64,000 bases of DNA, taken from Octopus sinensis. Lineage: Eukaryota. Position 1 is the stretch's first letter; each line of letters opens with the position of its first letter. The stretch is from assembly GCF_006345805.1 (NCBI RefSeq), contig NC_043005.1:70060001-70124000 (forward strand). The letters are read 5' to 3'. This document shows, one piece after another, positions 25,656-39,029 of this stretch. Under the pieces are notes generated by a model. That model was not told the origin of the DNA, ran no database searches, and saw nothing but the letters and a program-made list of their open reading frames with translations. The position numbers and the translations under genes are program-made.

Positions 25656-25949
25656 TTAATCTATATTCTTGTTATTTTTCATTTGTCCTGCTCGCTTACG
25701 TTCATAGTTGTGTTAATTTTTCTTGAGAACAATTCTTAGTGGTTGAGACCATTGCGGATCTATTTTTAGCGTCAGAGCGTCCACATAGTGGATTCCCTCT
25801 CATATTTGTGTATTAATATTTACTGAATCTCAGTTTTCTATGCGCTAAACCACTTGGTGTTAAATTGATGTTATTAAATTAATATTTTTTCACCCTTATT
25901 TTGATTTATATATATATATATGTATTAAAAATGGGGAAGGCTTGTTTAT

Positions 25950-27700
25950 GGGATTACCTTAGGTGTCCTCCCCGTAAAGGATTTAGCTTTATGGCGTATC
26001 GTCAGATCCGAAAACCCTGTTGGCCCTTGATCTCTTAAAAATATGGAGGGGAACTGCCTCACTACTCGAAGATAACAATTGAGAATTACCCCCCCCCCTT
26101 TGCTATTGGCTATCTACTTGCGGATGTGCTACAATCTTGTGAGCCCCCAAAAGCTAGAAGGAACCTCCTGAATTGTAAAGATGGCCCGAAAATCGCTGTT
26201 CTGAAGTTAAGGATGTTCCTTGGTTTGAGCGAGTCTTTAAGGATTCTCGCACGTTCAGCTATGCATAAATTGCACCAATTTGTCCCGTTGATGTAGGGGC
26301 CTGAGTTCTCGAGGATTTTCCATGAGATCCAGTATGGAACCCCATCATCTATTACTTGCCAGACGTGGCTGCCAGTAATGTTACGCATACACTTTCCGGC
26401 ACGCTGAAGGAAGACCTGTAGTTTGAGAGATGTTGCTTGAAAGTGTTCCCGGAACATCCAACGTATCTCCGTGGGCGTGTATTCTCCGTGCTGTATCTGC
26501 TGGTATTACTGTTGCTGTTATTGCTGCCGCCGCCAGCATTGTTGTTGTTGCAGCTGGGTCTGCTGGTGTTGGCATCGATGGAGGTGGTGGTAGCGTCGGT
26601 AATGGTATCGCCTCTACGGTTATGGCAAAGGTACTGTTGTTGCTATAATTGTGGTACTCGTCATTGATAGGAAAGCTGCAATTACTGCCAGAGGTGTTTC
26701 TACTGCTGCTGTTATAACTAGCGGTAGCACCGTACATGTTACTATTGTGGACGCTGTGGACGTTAAGGAAGCTGTTGTTAATGCTGCTCTTGATGGTGAT
26801 CCTTCTGTTGTTGTTAGTGTTGTTACCGTCTGGGGTACTGCCAATATTGTCGCTTGTGCTCTTATTGCTATCCATTCTAATATTGTTAACTGTGGTGATT
26901 GTGGAATTGTTGCTAGTTTTCTTCTCATGTCTACGGCTGCCACTGCTTCTGCCGGTGGGATTGCCAGATTTAGCTAGTACTCCGTCCTGATAGACGTGTT
27001 TTGTGTTAAGAGAGATGGGGCGGGTTAAGCCAAATATTATTTCTTCGGCACTTCCATCTATGGTTGTTGGGTTTCGGCATGTATCCATAAATCTGCTGGC
27101 AGTTCGGGCCTCGTTATAGTACGGGGCCGCTGCATCAAAAATCTTTTTTTTTTTAGGAAAGATTAGAGATCTTCTTACTAACACCCTTTATCTAGATTTT
27201 GAGCACGATGCGTGGGTGGAAGGAAGCTTTGTTGATGTGCGTTAGCCTCTAGTTTGGTTTGTGGTAAGACCTGTATGTGCCGGAGCCCAAGTCGAGCGTG
27301 ACGCCTAAGCCTAAGGTTGTGATATTGGTCTGTATGGTAATTTTCAATCCCATGCAGGCAATTGTGTTGATTAGATCTTTTCTAAGCTTGTCTACTGTAT
27401 ACTAGCTTGCAACCCTAGTGATGGCCAAGGTGTCATCTCTGTAGAGGCCAAAGAGGACAGAGGGGAACTTTTTCCAAAGGATATCGAGGATGTACAATGA
27501 GACCACATACGTCAGCGCTATCGTAGGCTACCATTACTACGTCAAATGAGCCCGTGGGGTCGGATTTCTTCACCCATGACAAACGTTTCTTGAACAACAG
27601 TCTTTCTGGCAAGTATAATATCTTCTACATCTCTTTCGCCGATACTAGTGATTAGGCGTGTGAGGTAGAAAGCATTCTACCACATCCTAACCGCACCGTC
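25950..27700 (-). mobile_element. Penelope-like retroelement relic, Naiad-like
   Basis: DVVE-FY, SWVKKSDPTGSFDVVM-AYDSADVC, FGLYRDD, GLKIT, YHKPN...HP, IFDAAAPYYNEA, NIWLNPP, RYVG...FKQ, HVW...ISWKIL...YING...CNLCIAER...LNFR. Confidence 0.85.
26490..27010. repeat. Low-complexity cryptic trinucleotide block inside the Naiad-like ORF
   Basis: GTT/GCT/ACT-rich degenerate triplets. The flanks resume Naiad motifs (NPP before, YVG after). Confidence 0.7.
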
Positions 27701-28056
27701 CCTGGAAGGCAACATTTATGGAATTAGATCGAGAAAACAAGCACCCAAAATCAAGAACCTAGAACCCTTCGAGTCGGACTGCTTCCTAGAAACTATAATC
27801 AAGTTTTACCGAAATGCAAACTATTCGATATATTTTTCAGCTTATATGTCTTGGAGTGCATGAGCCAATATGTCTTCCTTTTCAGATGCTTGGGTGGTAT
27901 ATGATGGTTGTTCGCTACCCCTTTTTAATAAGTTGCTCGACAACCTGGAGGTGTGTTAGGTTTGCTTGGTGCGTTAATTATATTATTGTTAATAAGAACT
28001 TCTTACGCTAGTTTAACTATAGGCCTGCCGTAAGCAAAAAACAAAAAGGTCTATGA

Positions 28057-28445
28057 GGCGCAGGCGTGACTCTGTCGTAAGAAGTTTGCTTTCCAGCCAC
28101 ATGATTTTGAGTTCAGTCCCAATCCGTGACATCTAGGGAAAGTTCTTCTATTATAGCGTCGGGCCAACCAAATGTTGATTTTGATGAAGGGAAACTGAAA
28201 GAAGCCCTTAGTTTATGTGTGTTTATGTGTGTGTCTTTTTCTGTGTCTGTCTTACCCCTACGACATTGACAACCGGTGTTGCTTTCTTTGCGTCCCCGTA
28301 TGATAGCAGTATGGCAAAAAGAGACCGATGGAATAATTATAATCTTTAAAAAATGTAAGTAATGGGTTCAATTCATTCGACAAAAAGTTTTTCAAGCGGT
28401 GCCCTAGCATGGCTGCAGTATAATGCTAGAAGCAGATGAAAAATA
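28057..28445 (+). mobile_element. SINE family B, diverged, full length
   Basis: GGCGCAGGCGTGACT head, GAGTTCAGTCCC, GGAAACTGAAAGAAGCCC, CTAGCATGGCTGCAG. Confidence 0.75.
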
Positions 28446-29086
28446 AGTTACAATTCCAGTCACGATTGGGTATTTTCTTCGAACGTTTTTTAGTTTTCAT
28501 CTTGAAATATTTCACGAATTGCATTTCATTATTAGAAAATTGTATGGTGTAATGTGATGGTTATTTGGTTGCTACACATAGCAGGTCGAGCAACAAAATA
28601 ATGCTGAAGACGATTGCACTTGTGTAGAAAGAAAAGCATGAAAAGTGTGATAATGACAGCCTTTTTAAATGACGATAAAGGTGGAAATGTGTAAGTGTTG
28701 TGGCGGTGTAAAGGGTGAAAAAGCAAAAATAAGAAATTCCATAATGGCATCGGAAGAAATGTGACGAAGTTAAAACCACATACATTAGTAAAGGCATTTC
28801 AAATATTTCGAAGACAAATTCTGTTTATGTCAACATGTCTGTTGTACTACTACAATTTAACTTGACATTGAAGTGGAAGACAAAAATGTAAATACATTAA
28901 TCAAAAGAAATATAGTGAAGAAATGCTGCTAAGAGATGTTGGAAAAATTCTAATAAAGTGTATATATATATACATTTAAAAAGACTTTCAAATTTTTTGG
29001 TAATGCAGTTATAATGATTGATCTGTCTACTGTTGCCGAAAGCTTCTCTTTCAATATTTTGAAAAAGAACGTATTATTATTTCAAA

Positions 29087-29362
<276 letters not shown>

Positions 29363-30715
29363 CCGGTATTATTCAACACAAGAATAACAATCGTGAAGTA
29401 CGTACACAAAAAGTACGAAAAATTACACGTGCAAAACAATTTAACACCAGGAATGAACGGATAGGTACCCTACGAAAATGATGACTGTCAAAATATAGGG
29501 CTGGACGTTATTCTTCATGTCCCGCAAATAAAATTTTAAAAAGTGTAAATGGACACGTGAGGAATATATTTCAATTCTACACGCTTATTTTACAGCAGTG
29601 ATCTACCCAAATAACCGCAAAATACCACAAAATATACACATAAAATCTGAAAGAAACATAACCGAAATAAAGACTTGAATACAGCAACGAACCCTAATAA
29701 ACTAGCTAACATACGAAGATATATTCTCAAAATAAAATAAAAGATACCAGAAATAGAAATAGAACACTTAAAAGGAAAAATACATCAGGAAAAAGTAGAT
29801 GGTAACCACACAGCAATGCCAAATAATACCATGAAAATAGGAACTGTAAATCACAGATGTAACCTTTCCAACAAAGGCGAAACACTAAACCAGAACACTA
29901 CAGACAAACATATGAACGAGAAGGAAGGCGAAACAATGCTAAAACCTTGAAACAGTGAAGGTGAACCTAATGATTATGATACTCTAAAACTTAGCATAAA
30001 AAAAAAAACTGAAAGCCACAGAACTCAGTATGGACCAACGATTGTAACTCTCAAAAATTAAAATTGATACTAAAACAACATCAATTATAAATAGTATGAA
30101 CCTAAATGTGACAGAACTAATAGCCACAGAAACAGATGTCAATATCACAGGAGTAAATGACATAGTATAATCAGCAGGCACTGTGGCCACAAAATAAGCT
30201 CCCAGATCCATCCAAAAGGAGTACCACCACCCAAACAAACAATGTGGATAAATAATATCGAGAAAAATATAAAACAAGAGAAAAGATCTGTAAATCCTTA
30301 AGAAGACTAGTAGACAATCAACACTACTAAGCAACCAGAAGAGAAGAAAAATACTGTGGAAACACAACATTGCAGTAAAAAATTCACCTGAGGTAAAAAA
30401 AAAAACACAGCTAAAAAATGATATCCTCTGTAAAGCACAATGAATCTGCCAGTATGAGAAGCACCAAGGTTTCTTTAAACAAAACAAAAATTGCAACTCC
30501 AACCCCAAATGATTCTACCAAGGACTTGGCAAAAAAAAATAGACAGCACTAACAGCAGAAGAAGTGGAAGAAATTTGGACAGAAATATGTTTGGCGAAGA
30601 AACAACTTCAGAAAAGGTATATTAAATCAACGAACTGAGCACCTGAACAACTTTGGACCCCTTTAACAACTGAAGATGTCACCTAGGCACTGCAAAAACT
30701 AAGCAATAGTAAATA
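29363..30715 (+). mobile_element. R4/Dong-like non-LTR retrotransposon, 5' portion up to the start of RT, decayed
   Basis: KWTREEYISILHAYFTAVIYP, PNKLANIRRYILK, WINNIEKNI, FFKQNK...FYQGLG, AEEVEEIWTEI, LTTEDVT*ALQKLSN. Many stops. Confidence 0.72.
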
Positions 30716-30749
30716 TTCTGCTCAATACCATATTTTGTTTTACTCTTAC

Positions 30750-30860
30750 CAGTTGAGGATGTCTCTTAGTGGTTGAAAATATATGCATCTCGGATAACAA
30801 TCAGGAGTGATGGGGGAGCACCATAGCCTCTGTTTAGTGGAATTCTGTAGGATTTGACTC
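30750..30860 (+). repeat. Unclassified dispersed repeat fragment
   Basis: ACCAGTTGAGGATGTC...GGGGGAGCACCATAGCC is shared with 61650-61775. Confidence 0.6.
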
Positions 30861-31533
30861 CGAATTTATACCTCAATGTTAGTATGCGATATGGTGTTTA
30901 TACAGTTGTCAATGCTGTGAATGACTTGTGTGCTATTATTTCTTAAAATCCAATGAATATTTCCAAAACAGGTTCTGATTGTTTATATCTCCTGTTGTAT
31001 AATAGTGAATATCAAAGAAAGGTGTATCTTCCTTTGATTTTTTTCTTACAACGAATTTCTTTGTGTGCTTGTTTAAATTTCTGTTCTCATCTTATAGTCT
31101 GATAGGGATGCGACACTTTCTCTAAATCGCAGCATACACTGTAACAACGAATGTATATATTGTGAAATAGTTTTTGTAAGAATGCGAGAATTAGTTGCAA
31201 ATATCTCAAAAAGAAATCCTTCACTTCAGATAATGCGGTAGACGTTTAAACTTAAATACAATCGCCAACAGACAGCATGCTTTTCGTAAGTTATACAAGG
31301 AGAGAAATAGTTCCCATAAAAATATAAAGCGTATTCAACCACATCTATGCAACGCCCGTTTCCAAACTAGTGTTAAATGTATTATCTCTCTTTATTTCTA
31401 TCTTACTCGTGATCTCAAAGCTATATTTTTGCTCTTCCAGCTATAAAAACCGAAGGAAAGCTTTTGAAGTCTACTATTTTTCGAGCGCTTTTCTATTCAT
31501 TTAACATACCCCTTATATATTGCATTTACTTTT

Positions 31534-31745
<212 letters not shown>

Positions 31746-32766
31746 CATATATACATACCTGTATGCATCCATCAATACATACATAGATACATACATTCAT
31801 ATACATACGTTCATAATGTGTATGTGTGTGTGTGTGTATTGAAGTTAAACAATTTTTCTTTCGTTATTTATGTGTTCGTCTCTCAAATTAAATTCATCAA
31901 AAGTATTGCTTCATCCTATCTATATGTGCATGGTTATTTTTTATTTTCCTTCCGTGCGATTTCTTTTTGCACATCCACCTTCTCGTGTTCACACCAAAAA
32001 TTCTTCCGTAATTGCCTTTTTGTATTCTTTATGTCCAATAACGCTTCTGCCACCTCCAACACCAACACCACCGCCAGTAACACTACGTTCGTCGCTACTA
32101 CCATAACCACCATTAACAAGGATTATGATAGCAACCTTATTTCAATTCCTCCTTCTATCTATGGTCTATTTTCTTCCCTTATATTATGTCCCCTTCATCG
32201 AAAGGAGCATAAATTGTAAACTCTATGTAGGAAAATAATTTAGCATCAGTGACAATGAGTTGTTAATATATTTTCCCCTCTTATCTTTTGCTCCTCACTA
32301 AATAATCATATATAACTTTTTTCCCCTCTTCCATTTCTCCTCCACTTTCTACATCGTTTAAAGTCACATGTTTTCATAAGCACGAGGTGGAAACATGCCC
32401 ATAGTTTACGATAATTTACAATGATTTGTTTATGTCCTTGTTTTCAACTTTCCCAGATCTCCCCAATAAATAATCTTATGTAGGATTTCTCGCTGTCAAA
32501 ATTATCCACCTTTTCTCTTTTTCTGTTTCTATGCTATTGATGTTAGTGGAGGTACACTATCCCCTCTACTTCATGTGACAGCTTTATTTTGATATTCGCT
32601 GACAGTAGGGAAACAAAATTGCTATACGGAATGTCACTAGAAAGACCTACTAATACTAGTAAAGCTACATAACAGCATAAACACACACAAGCATTTTACA
32701 ATTCAACTGATAATGCTACGGAATATGTTGACGAAGATAGTGCTTTGGTTTTCCAATCTGGAAGCT

Positions 32767-32980
32767 TACAAGACGCCACATACAATCTACAAAACGGTAG
32801 ATGACCTCAAGATTATCAACGGCCATCGAAATAATATGATTTAATTGATTTTTCTATTTTATTGAAATTATTACAAAAGATAGGTCCACGTTTACAGAAC
32901 TGCACTTTGTTGGTAATAAGGAAAGTGAAGCACATTATACATGGCCGGGAGATAGAAAATAACTGACAGAAGAAAGCGTT
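32767..32980. repeat. Left arm of a 214-bp inverted repeat
   Basis: Reverse complement of 34622-34835 with one mismatch. Confidence 0.95.
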
Positions 32981-34621
32981 AATATATAACTATAAATATA
33001 ATATTTATTAAAGTTGTTTAGGAACAAATCATTAATGCGTACATTACGTGCAATATGGGCAATGAGCAATACGTGCAAAATTACAAATCTAACAATCGTA
33101 TGTTAGTGAAAACAAATGTTTTGGATATCAAAAATGTCAACAGAATTCAAGTAACTGAAATGCAGTATGGACAAATTCTTATATTATTCAACTATTGTAT
33201 TTATGCCCAAACCAGACATCATATTCCTTATAATTTTTTTTCTTGATGCAGCTGTTGTAGCTCTTGTTTGTGTGATGCACACGCGTTTATTTTGCTCAGG
33301 ATTTTGATATTTTCATACCAATACCAAATGAAGTGTCTTTCACAATAATTATTTCAAAGAGTTATATGTACGTAAAAGCTAATTGTCTTCGAAACCTGAG
33401 ATCATTAAGGAGGAACTTTCATGTTCATATCCGAAACGGCTAGCCTGTAATTGATACTTTGGGAGGAAAATTCCATAATTGTTTATATGCAAAGTTATAT
33501 TATTTCTCCTTTCCTCTTCATAAAGCATTTCACATGACGTAATTGTTTGGTGGAAGAACACTCAACATTTGCTCTGCGACAGGTTTCTCTCAATGTCAAA
33601 ATCCAACAAAGAACTACGTTAGCACAATTGCTTCCATTGTCATTAACGTTATTTACAATATTTCCGTCTGGTAAAACATACTGGTGTTATTATTGCATCT
33701 TTTATGTTATTGCTATTTTTCCAATGTACCAGAAAAAATACACGTTCAATTTCTGTTTACTGATTCTTTTGTGTATATATTTTCAATTCAATTTTTTTTT
33801 CAAGAGAGTGGTAACTATGTCTCGGAGCTATTTTGAGCGAATGTAAACAGTGAAAATATCTATGTTAAAACGGTACTTTCATCATAAAACATAGTAGATC
33901 TTTAAAAAAATCTCATGTCTTTATGTAGAAAATGCACATTTCGCCACGTTCAAATAAACATTCAATTGTTAAAAGAAAAATCAACAGATTGTAAATCCAA
34001 ACAACAGCAACACGTAAACACGTCTTCCTGAGGGAAACATAACAACGATATCAACAACATCAATAAAATGATGATGATGTTGGTGATGATAATGATGATG
34101 ATGATGACGACAACAGCAACAACAACAATCGCTCGGTAGTGCAGTGAAAGCACATGAAAAAATAACGATGTTGCCGAACTTCAAAAGTGAATTAGAATTT
34201 AAGTGTTGTTTTGTGAATATTCGTTGCCTGTTCATGACTGGTTACTGTGTGTGTTCACGCGTGTGTGTGTGCAAGCGTGTGTGTGTGTGCACGCGCGCGT
34301 GTGTGTGTGTGTGTGTGGACATGGAGTTGTAAGTATGTGTATATACGTAGGTATTATCTCAGTGTAGGTGAATGCGTTTATCTCAGAGTGTTTCTGTGAC
34401 AAGAAATGAATAGCATTTTCAAAATGTTAAATTGTATAAAGAAAAGGAAACTGAAAGAAAAATTGTTTCAAATAATTTACTATTAAATATGAATGTCCTT
34501 CTTAATACCTTCGATTTGATGAGACGCAAATTAAGGAAATTATTTAGCCGGCCAGTATATCAGCAAGCGTCATCAAAGGGAGACTAATCTTAAAGTCATA
34601 AAGATTAGAGAAATGAGAGAC

Positions 34622-34835
34622 AACGCTTTCTTCTTTCAGTTATTTTCTATCTCCCGGCCATGTATAATGTGCTTCACTTTCCTTATTACCAACAAAGTGC
34701 AGTTCTGTAAACGTGGACCTATCTTTTGTAATAATTTCAATAAAATAGAAAAATCAATTAAATCATATTATTTCGATGGCCGTTGATAATCTTGAGGTCA
34801 TCTACCGTTTTGTAGATTGTATGTGGCGTCTTGTA
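34622..34835. repeat. Right arm of a 214-bp inverted repeat, bracketed by a 21-bp direct repeat
   Basis: ATTAGAGAAAT(G/T)AGAGACAAC at 34604-34624 and 34835-34855. Confidence 0.95.
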
Positions 34836-36552
34836 TTAGAGAAATTAGAGACAACCTTTCCTTCATAAAAGAATTGAGAGTCACCATTTCAATTAAATAA
34901 TTTCAAGCATAACCAGCAACCTATGTCTATTGGGTCGATCAATCTGTGAAAAATAACAGCAAATTCATTTCTGAAATTGTTACAATACTGTCTTAAGAAG
35001 AACGGTTACATACTATAACGTTGCCTTACAACAGTCTTCTCCTCAACAAAAAGATCGGGTTTTCCACGCTGAAAGATTTATCATCATAGACCTACTCAAT
35101 CATCTTGTATAAGACCAAAATAATAGGTGATATATTTGTTGTAAGTAATTCATTTTTATTAAGGATACAATATTTACGGAAATATTAGCGTGTGATTAAT
35201 TCACCAAATTAGCTTGCATGTACTAGTGAAATAGTACACCTATCAGCTCCACTATGATTTCTTTATTTTTCTTCATTATTTCCTATTATATGAGCATTAA
35301 TCCACCTTTTTATCAAACCTAAAATAGTATGACTATCTATTTAATCCAAACAATTCTCATTTTAATTATCCTACAATTATTGATATTTTTCGTATTTGCT
35401 AATGAAATTGAGTACGGAAGATGTTCTGATCATATTTGTGTTAACCAATTTAATATCACGCTTTATTCGTCATGTAACACCCTCCTACATCCTTACCATC
35501 CCCTCACCGTGTCCACAAGTCAATACAAACAGTTGATAATAATATTTGATTATAAAATCGGCATAACGGTCGAAATGCACAGGGACTGACGCTATGTTCC
35601 CATCAAGCGTTTAATTGTTCTTATACACTGGAATCAATGTTTTGGATGCCACTCAATACAGGTAGAAAAAAAAAATTAAATATACATTAAATATACAGAT
35701 ACTACAAAGAATAACTACCGTTGAAAATTTTTACAGGAGATAATAGTAAATATTATTGCCTTGAGCTAATCAAGACACCGTATATCATATACAAGTATGG
35801 TCGTATGTGATTTATGATTAAGTGAGTGTCATGATTTATGGCTGTAAATGTTTTAGATTTGCTATATTTGTACGGCCGATGTTCTCATTAATGTTGTTAC
35901 AATGTTTAATTACATCATTCAGTAGTCATTAGTATCACAATTTAAGGAGATTTATGAAACAAGTGGTTGAGATAAATAACGTGTACTGTTTTTAGGTGAG
36001 GCAGTGACAAAACATTTCTTCAGTGTTGGATATTTTAAAAGTATTTATCTGTTTACGAGAAGGAAAAGAAGTATTGAAAGTATAGTAATGACTTGGGAAA
36101 TAAATGGAACAGATTACAAATTACTGGCTTGATATACCGAAACTATAGTATGTTTAATTCTATATGGGACAGGAAATATGTAGGTGAATAACTGCGCTCA
36201 CGTACGAGCATACTGACGTAAACAGACTCTCTCTCTCTCTCACCGTCTCTCTCCATGTGTTCCTGCCTGCGTGCGTATGTGTATGAGAGAGAAAGAGTGA
36301 GGGAGAGAAAGAGAGAGAGGGAATGAGAGTGTCTAAATAATTATGAAATCCGCAATTTCAAACCATTAAGTATTTGTTGAAAAATATTTGTCTCCGTCAC
36401 CCATCTGGTTGAGAGACTTCATAGCTTAATTCATTCATGGATGGATACAAAACAGATGTTGCATGCAAATGCAAGATAATAATATTATACATATATATAA
36501 TGGCTGATCGTTAATAAGGAGAGACACACAAATAAGAAAGAAGAAAGCAAAC

Positions 36553-36596
36553 GACCACTGATGAGGTCACAGAAGTGTGACGAAAGAACTCTGGCC
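36553..36596 (+). ncRNA. Solo minimal type I hammerhead ribozyme motif
   Basis: CCA-CTGATGA-G-GTCACA-gaag-TGTGAC-GAAA-G-AA-C-TC|TGG. Perfect 6-bp stem II and 3-bp stem I. Confidence 0.72.
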
Positions 36597-36718
36597 GAAA
36601 TAAGATTAAGATTAATGTAAAAAATAAATAAAGCTGAAGCAAATTAACATCTAATATACTGTATAATGCGTGTGTTTTTATTGGCTAAACTGGCAACATG
36701 GCCATTTCTAAGATCAAC

Positions 36719-36778
<60 letters not shown>

Positions 36779-37371
36779 TCATACATACATACATACATGC
36801 ATACATACATACATATACGTATGTTTTAGATAATAAAACGAATGATTAACACCTGGTAGCTTTCTGGCAAATCACGGTCACTTTCACAGTGTTCGTTGTG
36901 TATAGGCTAAATGAAAGACGGATGATGGAATATACGAAAATTTTTATTAATAATCACGACAATTTTTTTCGACATATTTATCATTCCGTCCTCACTAGTG
37001 GGACTCTTAACAACTGGTTCAGAAGCATCCAACGGTGCAAATGTGTAGCGTCTGGTGATAAACAGATACAACTCGTTAAAATAATAGTTCCGCAATGTAT
37101 CTTCTCTTTTCGTTGAAAGAGCAAAACGAAGCAAAACGAAGGTAATATCTCCATTTATAAAGAAGATCAAAAATAAAATCACAGATGCAAAAATGAAACG
37201 AATACGCAATACAGCGAGAAAAAAATTTTTTTAAATAACTTTTAACAAATATGTATGTATAAACCCCCTCAGGCAAGCTGCATGGCGCATGTGCACTCAC
37301 TCATAGAAGCATTCGCAAGAATGTAAACATACGTACACGTTTGGTTTGGTTCATTCACATTCACGAAGCGA

Positions 37372-37645
37372 GTTAAATAGCTACTTGGTATTTATAAGAA
37401 AGAGAAGTTAAAGCTAAATCTAATTAATCCATACCTTAAAGTAAATTACGATAAGAGTTCCTCAAATTTACTCCCCTGCATTGTGAGATGGTATATTTAT
37501 ATGCGTTAGGCATCTTGAAAGTCTTTCAGAAATTCTATTAGCAATTTTCTCAATGGTCCACAGTATAGGCAGGGATTCTTCGGAGAAGAGTCGGCATCTA
37601 CTGGAAATGATATTGTACGGTTTCACGTGCTTCACTATGGATCAA
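37372..37645. repeat. Unclassified dispersed repeat, uninterrupted paralogue of the CR1 target site
   Basis: Homologous to 12265-12511 joined to 13940-13966. Confidence 0.75.
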
Positions 37646-38821
37646 TTTATATCGTACTTAATTTTATCTTCCTTTAGTCACCACACAAAATCCGTTATAT
37701 ACATACATACATACATATATATATATATACATACACACACAAACACATATATACATACATATATACATATATATATACATAATATATATATATATATGTA
37801 TGTATGTATATATGTATGTATCAAGATAACTAATATATATATTCAATATATATATTTGTAACAAAAGTAGTGTTGATCTGCCAAAAGGGAAATTTTGCAT
37901 GACAGATTTCGAATAAAGTAACCGAAAAATTAAGAGTTCAGTCAAATGTCAGAGGCTCAGCACGGATATACGCTAAGATTCGATTTGTTTGTACCATCAG
38001 GAATCTTTTCGTGGATTCATGAAGTCATTGCAATACGTTTCGTACATTGGTTTTCAAACCACAAAACCATGCCCACATCATGAAATCGTATCGTATCAAT
38101 TATATCTATTATGAATACTGGAATATAATCAATATTAGATTTTATTATATTGTAAGTTTTTCTAATCAACAGTTCAGCCGTGTTCAATAAAAGGATACTG
38201 CTATGTGCTTTCTTTACAAAGTTTCGAAAAACTATTTTGCCAATAATGATTAATAGTTAGGGAAGTAAGATTAATTAAAGTGATATTTCACTTTAAAGCA
38301 AGGGTTACAAATGATGATTGAGATTTAGAAAAATTTTAATCAGAATTTAGAATATTTAAAATAACAGATATATTTACGTATGAAAAGTAGTCAAAGTGAG
38401 TCATGTGGAACTTAGTGCAACGTCTGGAAACACAACAAAACTTTAGAACTGACCTTCACATACTAGGTAAATTAATGAATCCGGAAACATAAGGCAACTT
38501 TGGGTAGAAATATCAAGGAGTGAGGAGAATAACTACTAACATCTAAAATAAAGTAAATAAAATATAAGAAAAGTGCCTTTTAATTCAATTAAAATTAATA
38601 TTAAGTTTAATTTTGTCAACATTAACACAAAAATTAAATGGTTTATCGCCCCTTTCAGAGCGACGTAAAAGTCTATTGAAACAAAAATTAAACGAAATTA
38701 TCCAGTGTATCCTTTCATTAGTAGACATTTACTGTTCCGTGATGATCTAGAAAACCGTACACCATCCAGTGAGAGAAATGTTATTAAATGTACACAGTAT
38801 AAAGAGTTTCTTGCCCTAGGT

Positions 38822-38876
38822 TGGTATTCATAACAAGCCTTGTGTCTCCAAGCAATCTACTGGCTCTGAGCATATT
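38822..38876. repeat. Dispersed repeat fragment with an inverted copy at 40021-40073
   Basis: CCAAGCAATCTACTGGCTCTGAGCA is the reverse complement of TGCTCAGAGCCAGTAGATTGCTTGG. Confidence 0.8.
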
Positions 38877-39029
38877 TCCCATTCTGTTTGGTAAATCAGG
38901 ATGCTGGTGCAAGAGAAATCACGAGAAGAAATATTTTTCATAATCTCTAGCATACGTTTTTCATTTCTAGCATATAGATTGAGTGCCGCCCAGAAACTAG
39001 TAAAAACTAATAATATATTAAGATAACTT

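Larger units (their letters stand above)
25352..25805. repeat. Fold-back palindrome (219-bp arms, 11 mismatches, 16-nt spacer) carrying two damaged HHRs; PLE pLTR-like
   Basis: 25352-25570 is the reverse complement of 25587-25805. The right side continues about 80 bp further. (TA)n tracts lie on both flanks. Confidence 0.9.

Noticed and set aside
28600-28645. CTGAAGA...GAAA on the plus strand
   Set aside because: No UH triplet and no stem III.
33505-33695. ~62-codon open frame on the minus strand (QYVLPDGNIV...CFMKRKGEII)
   Set aside because: No start codon, no convincing splice pair and no recognisable family. Compatible with chance.
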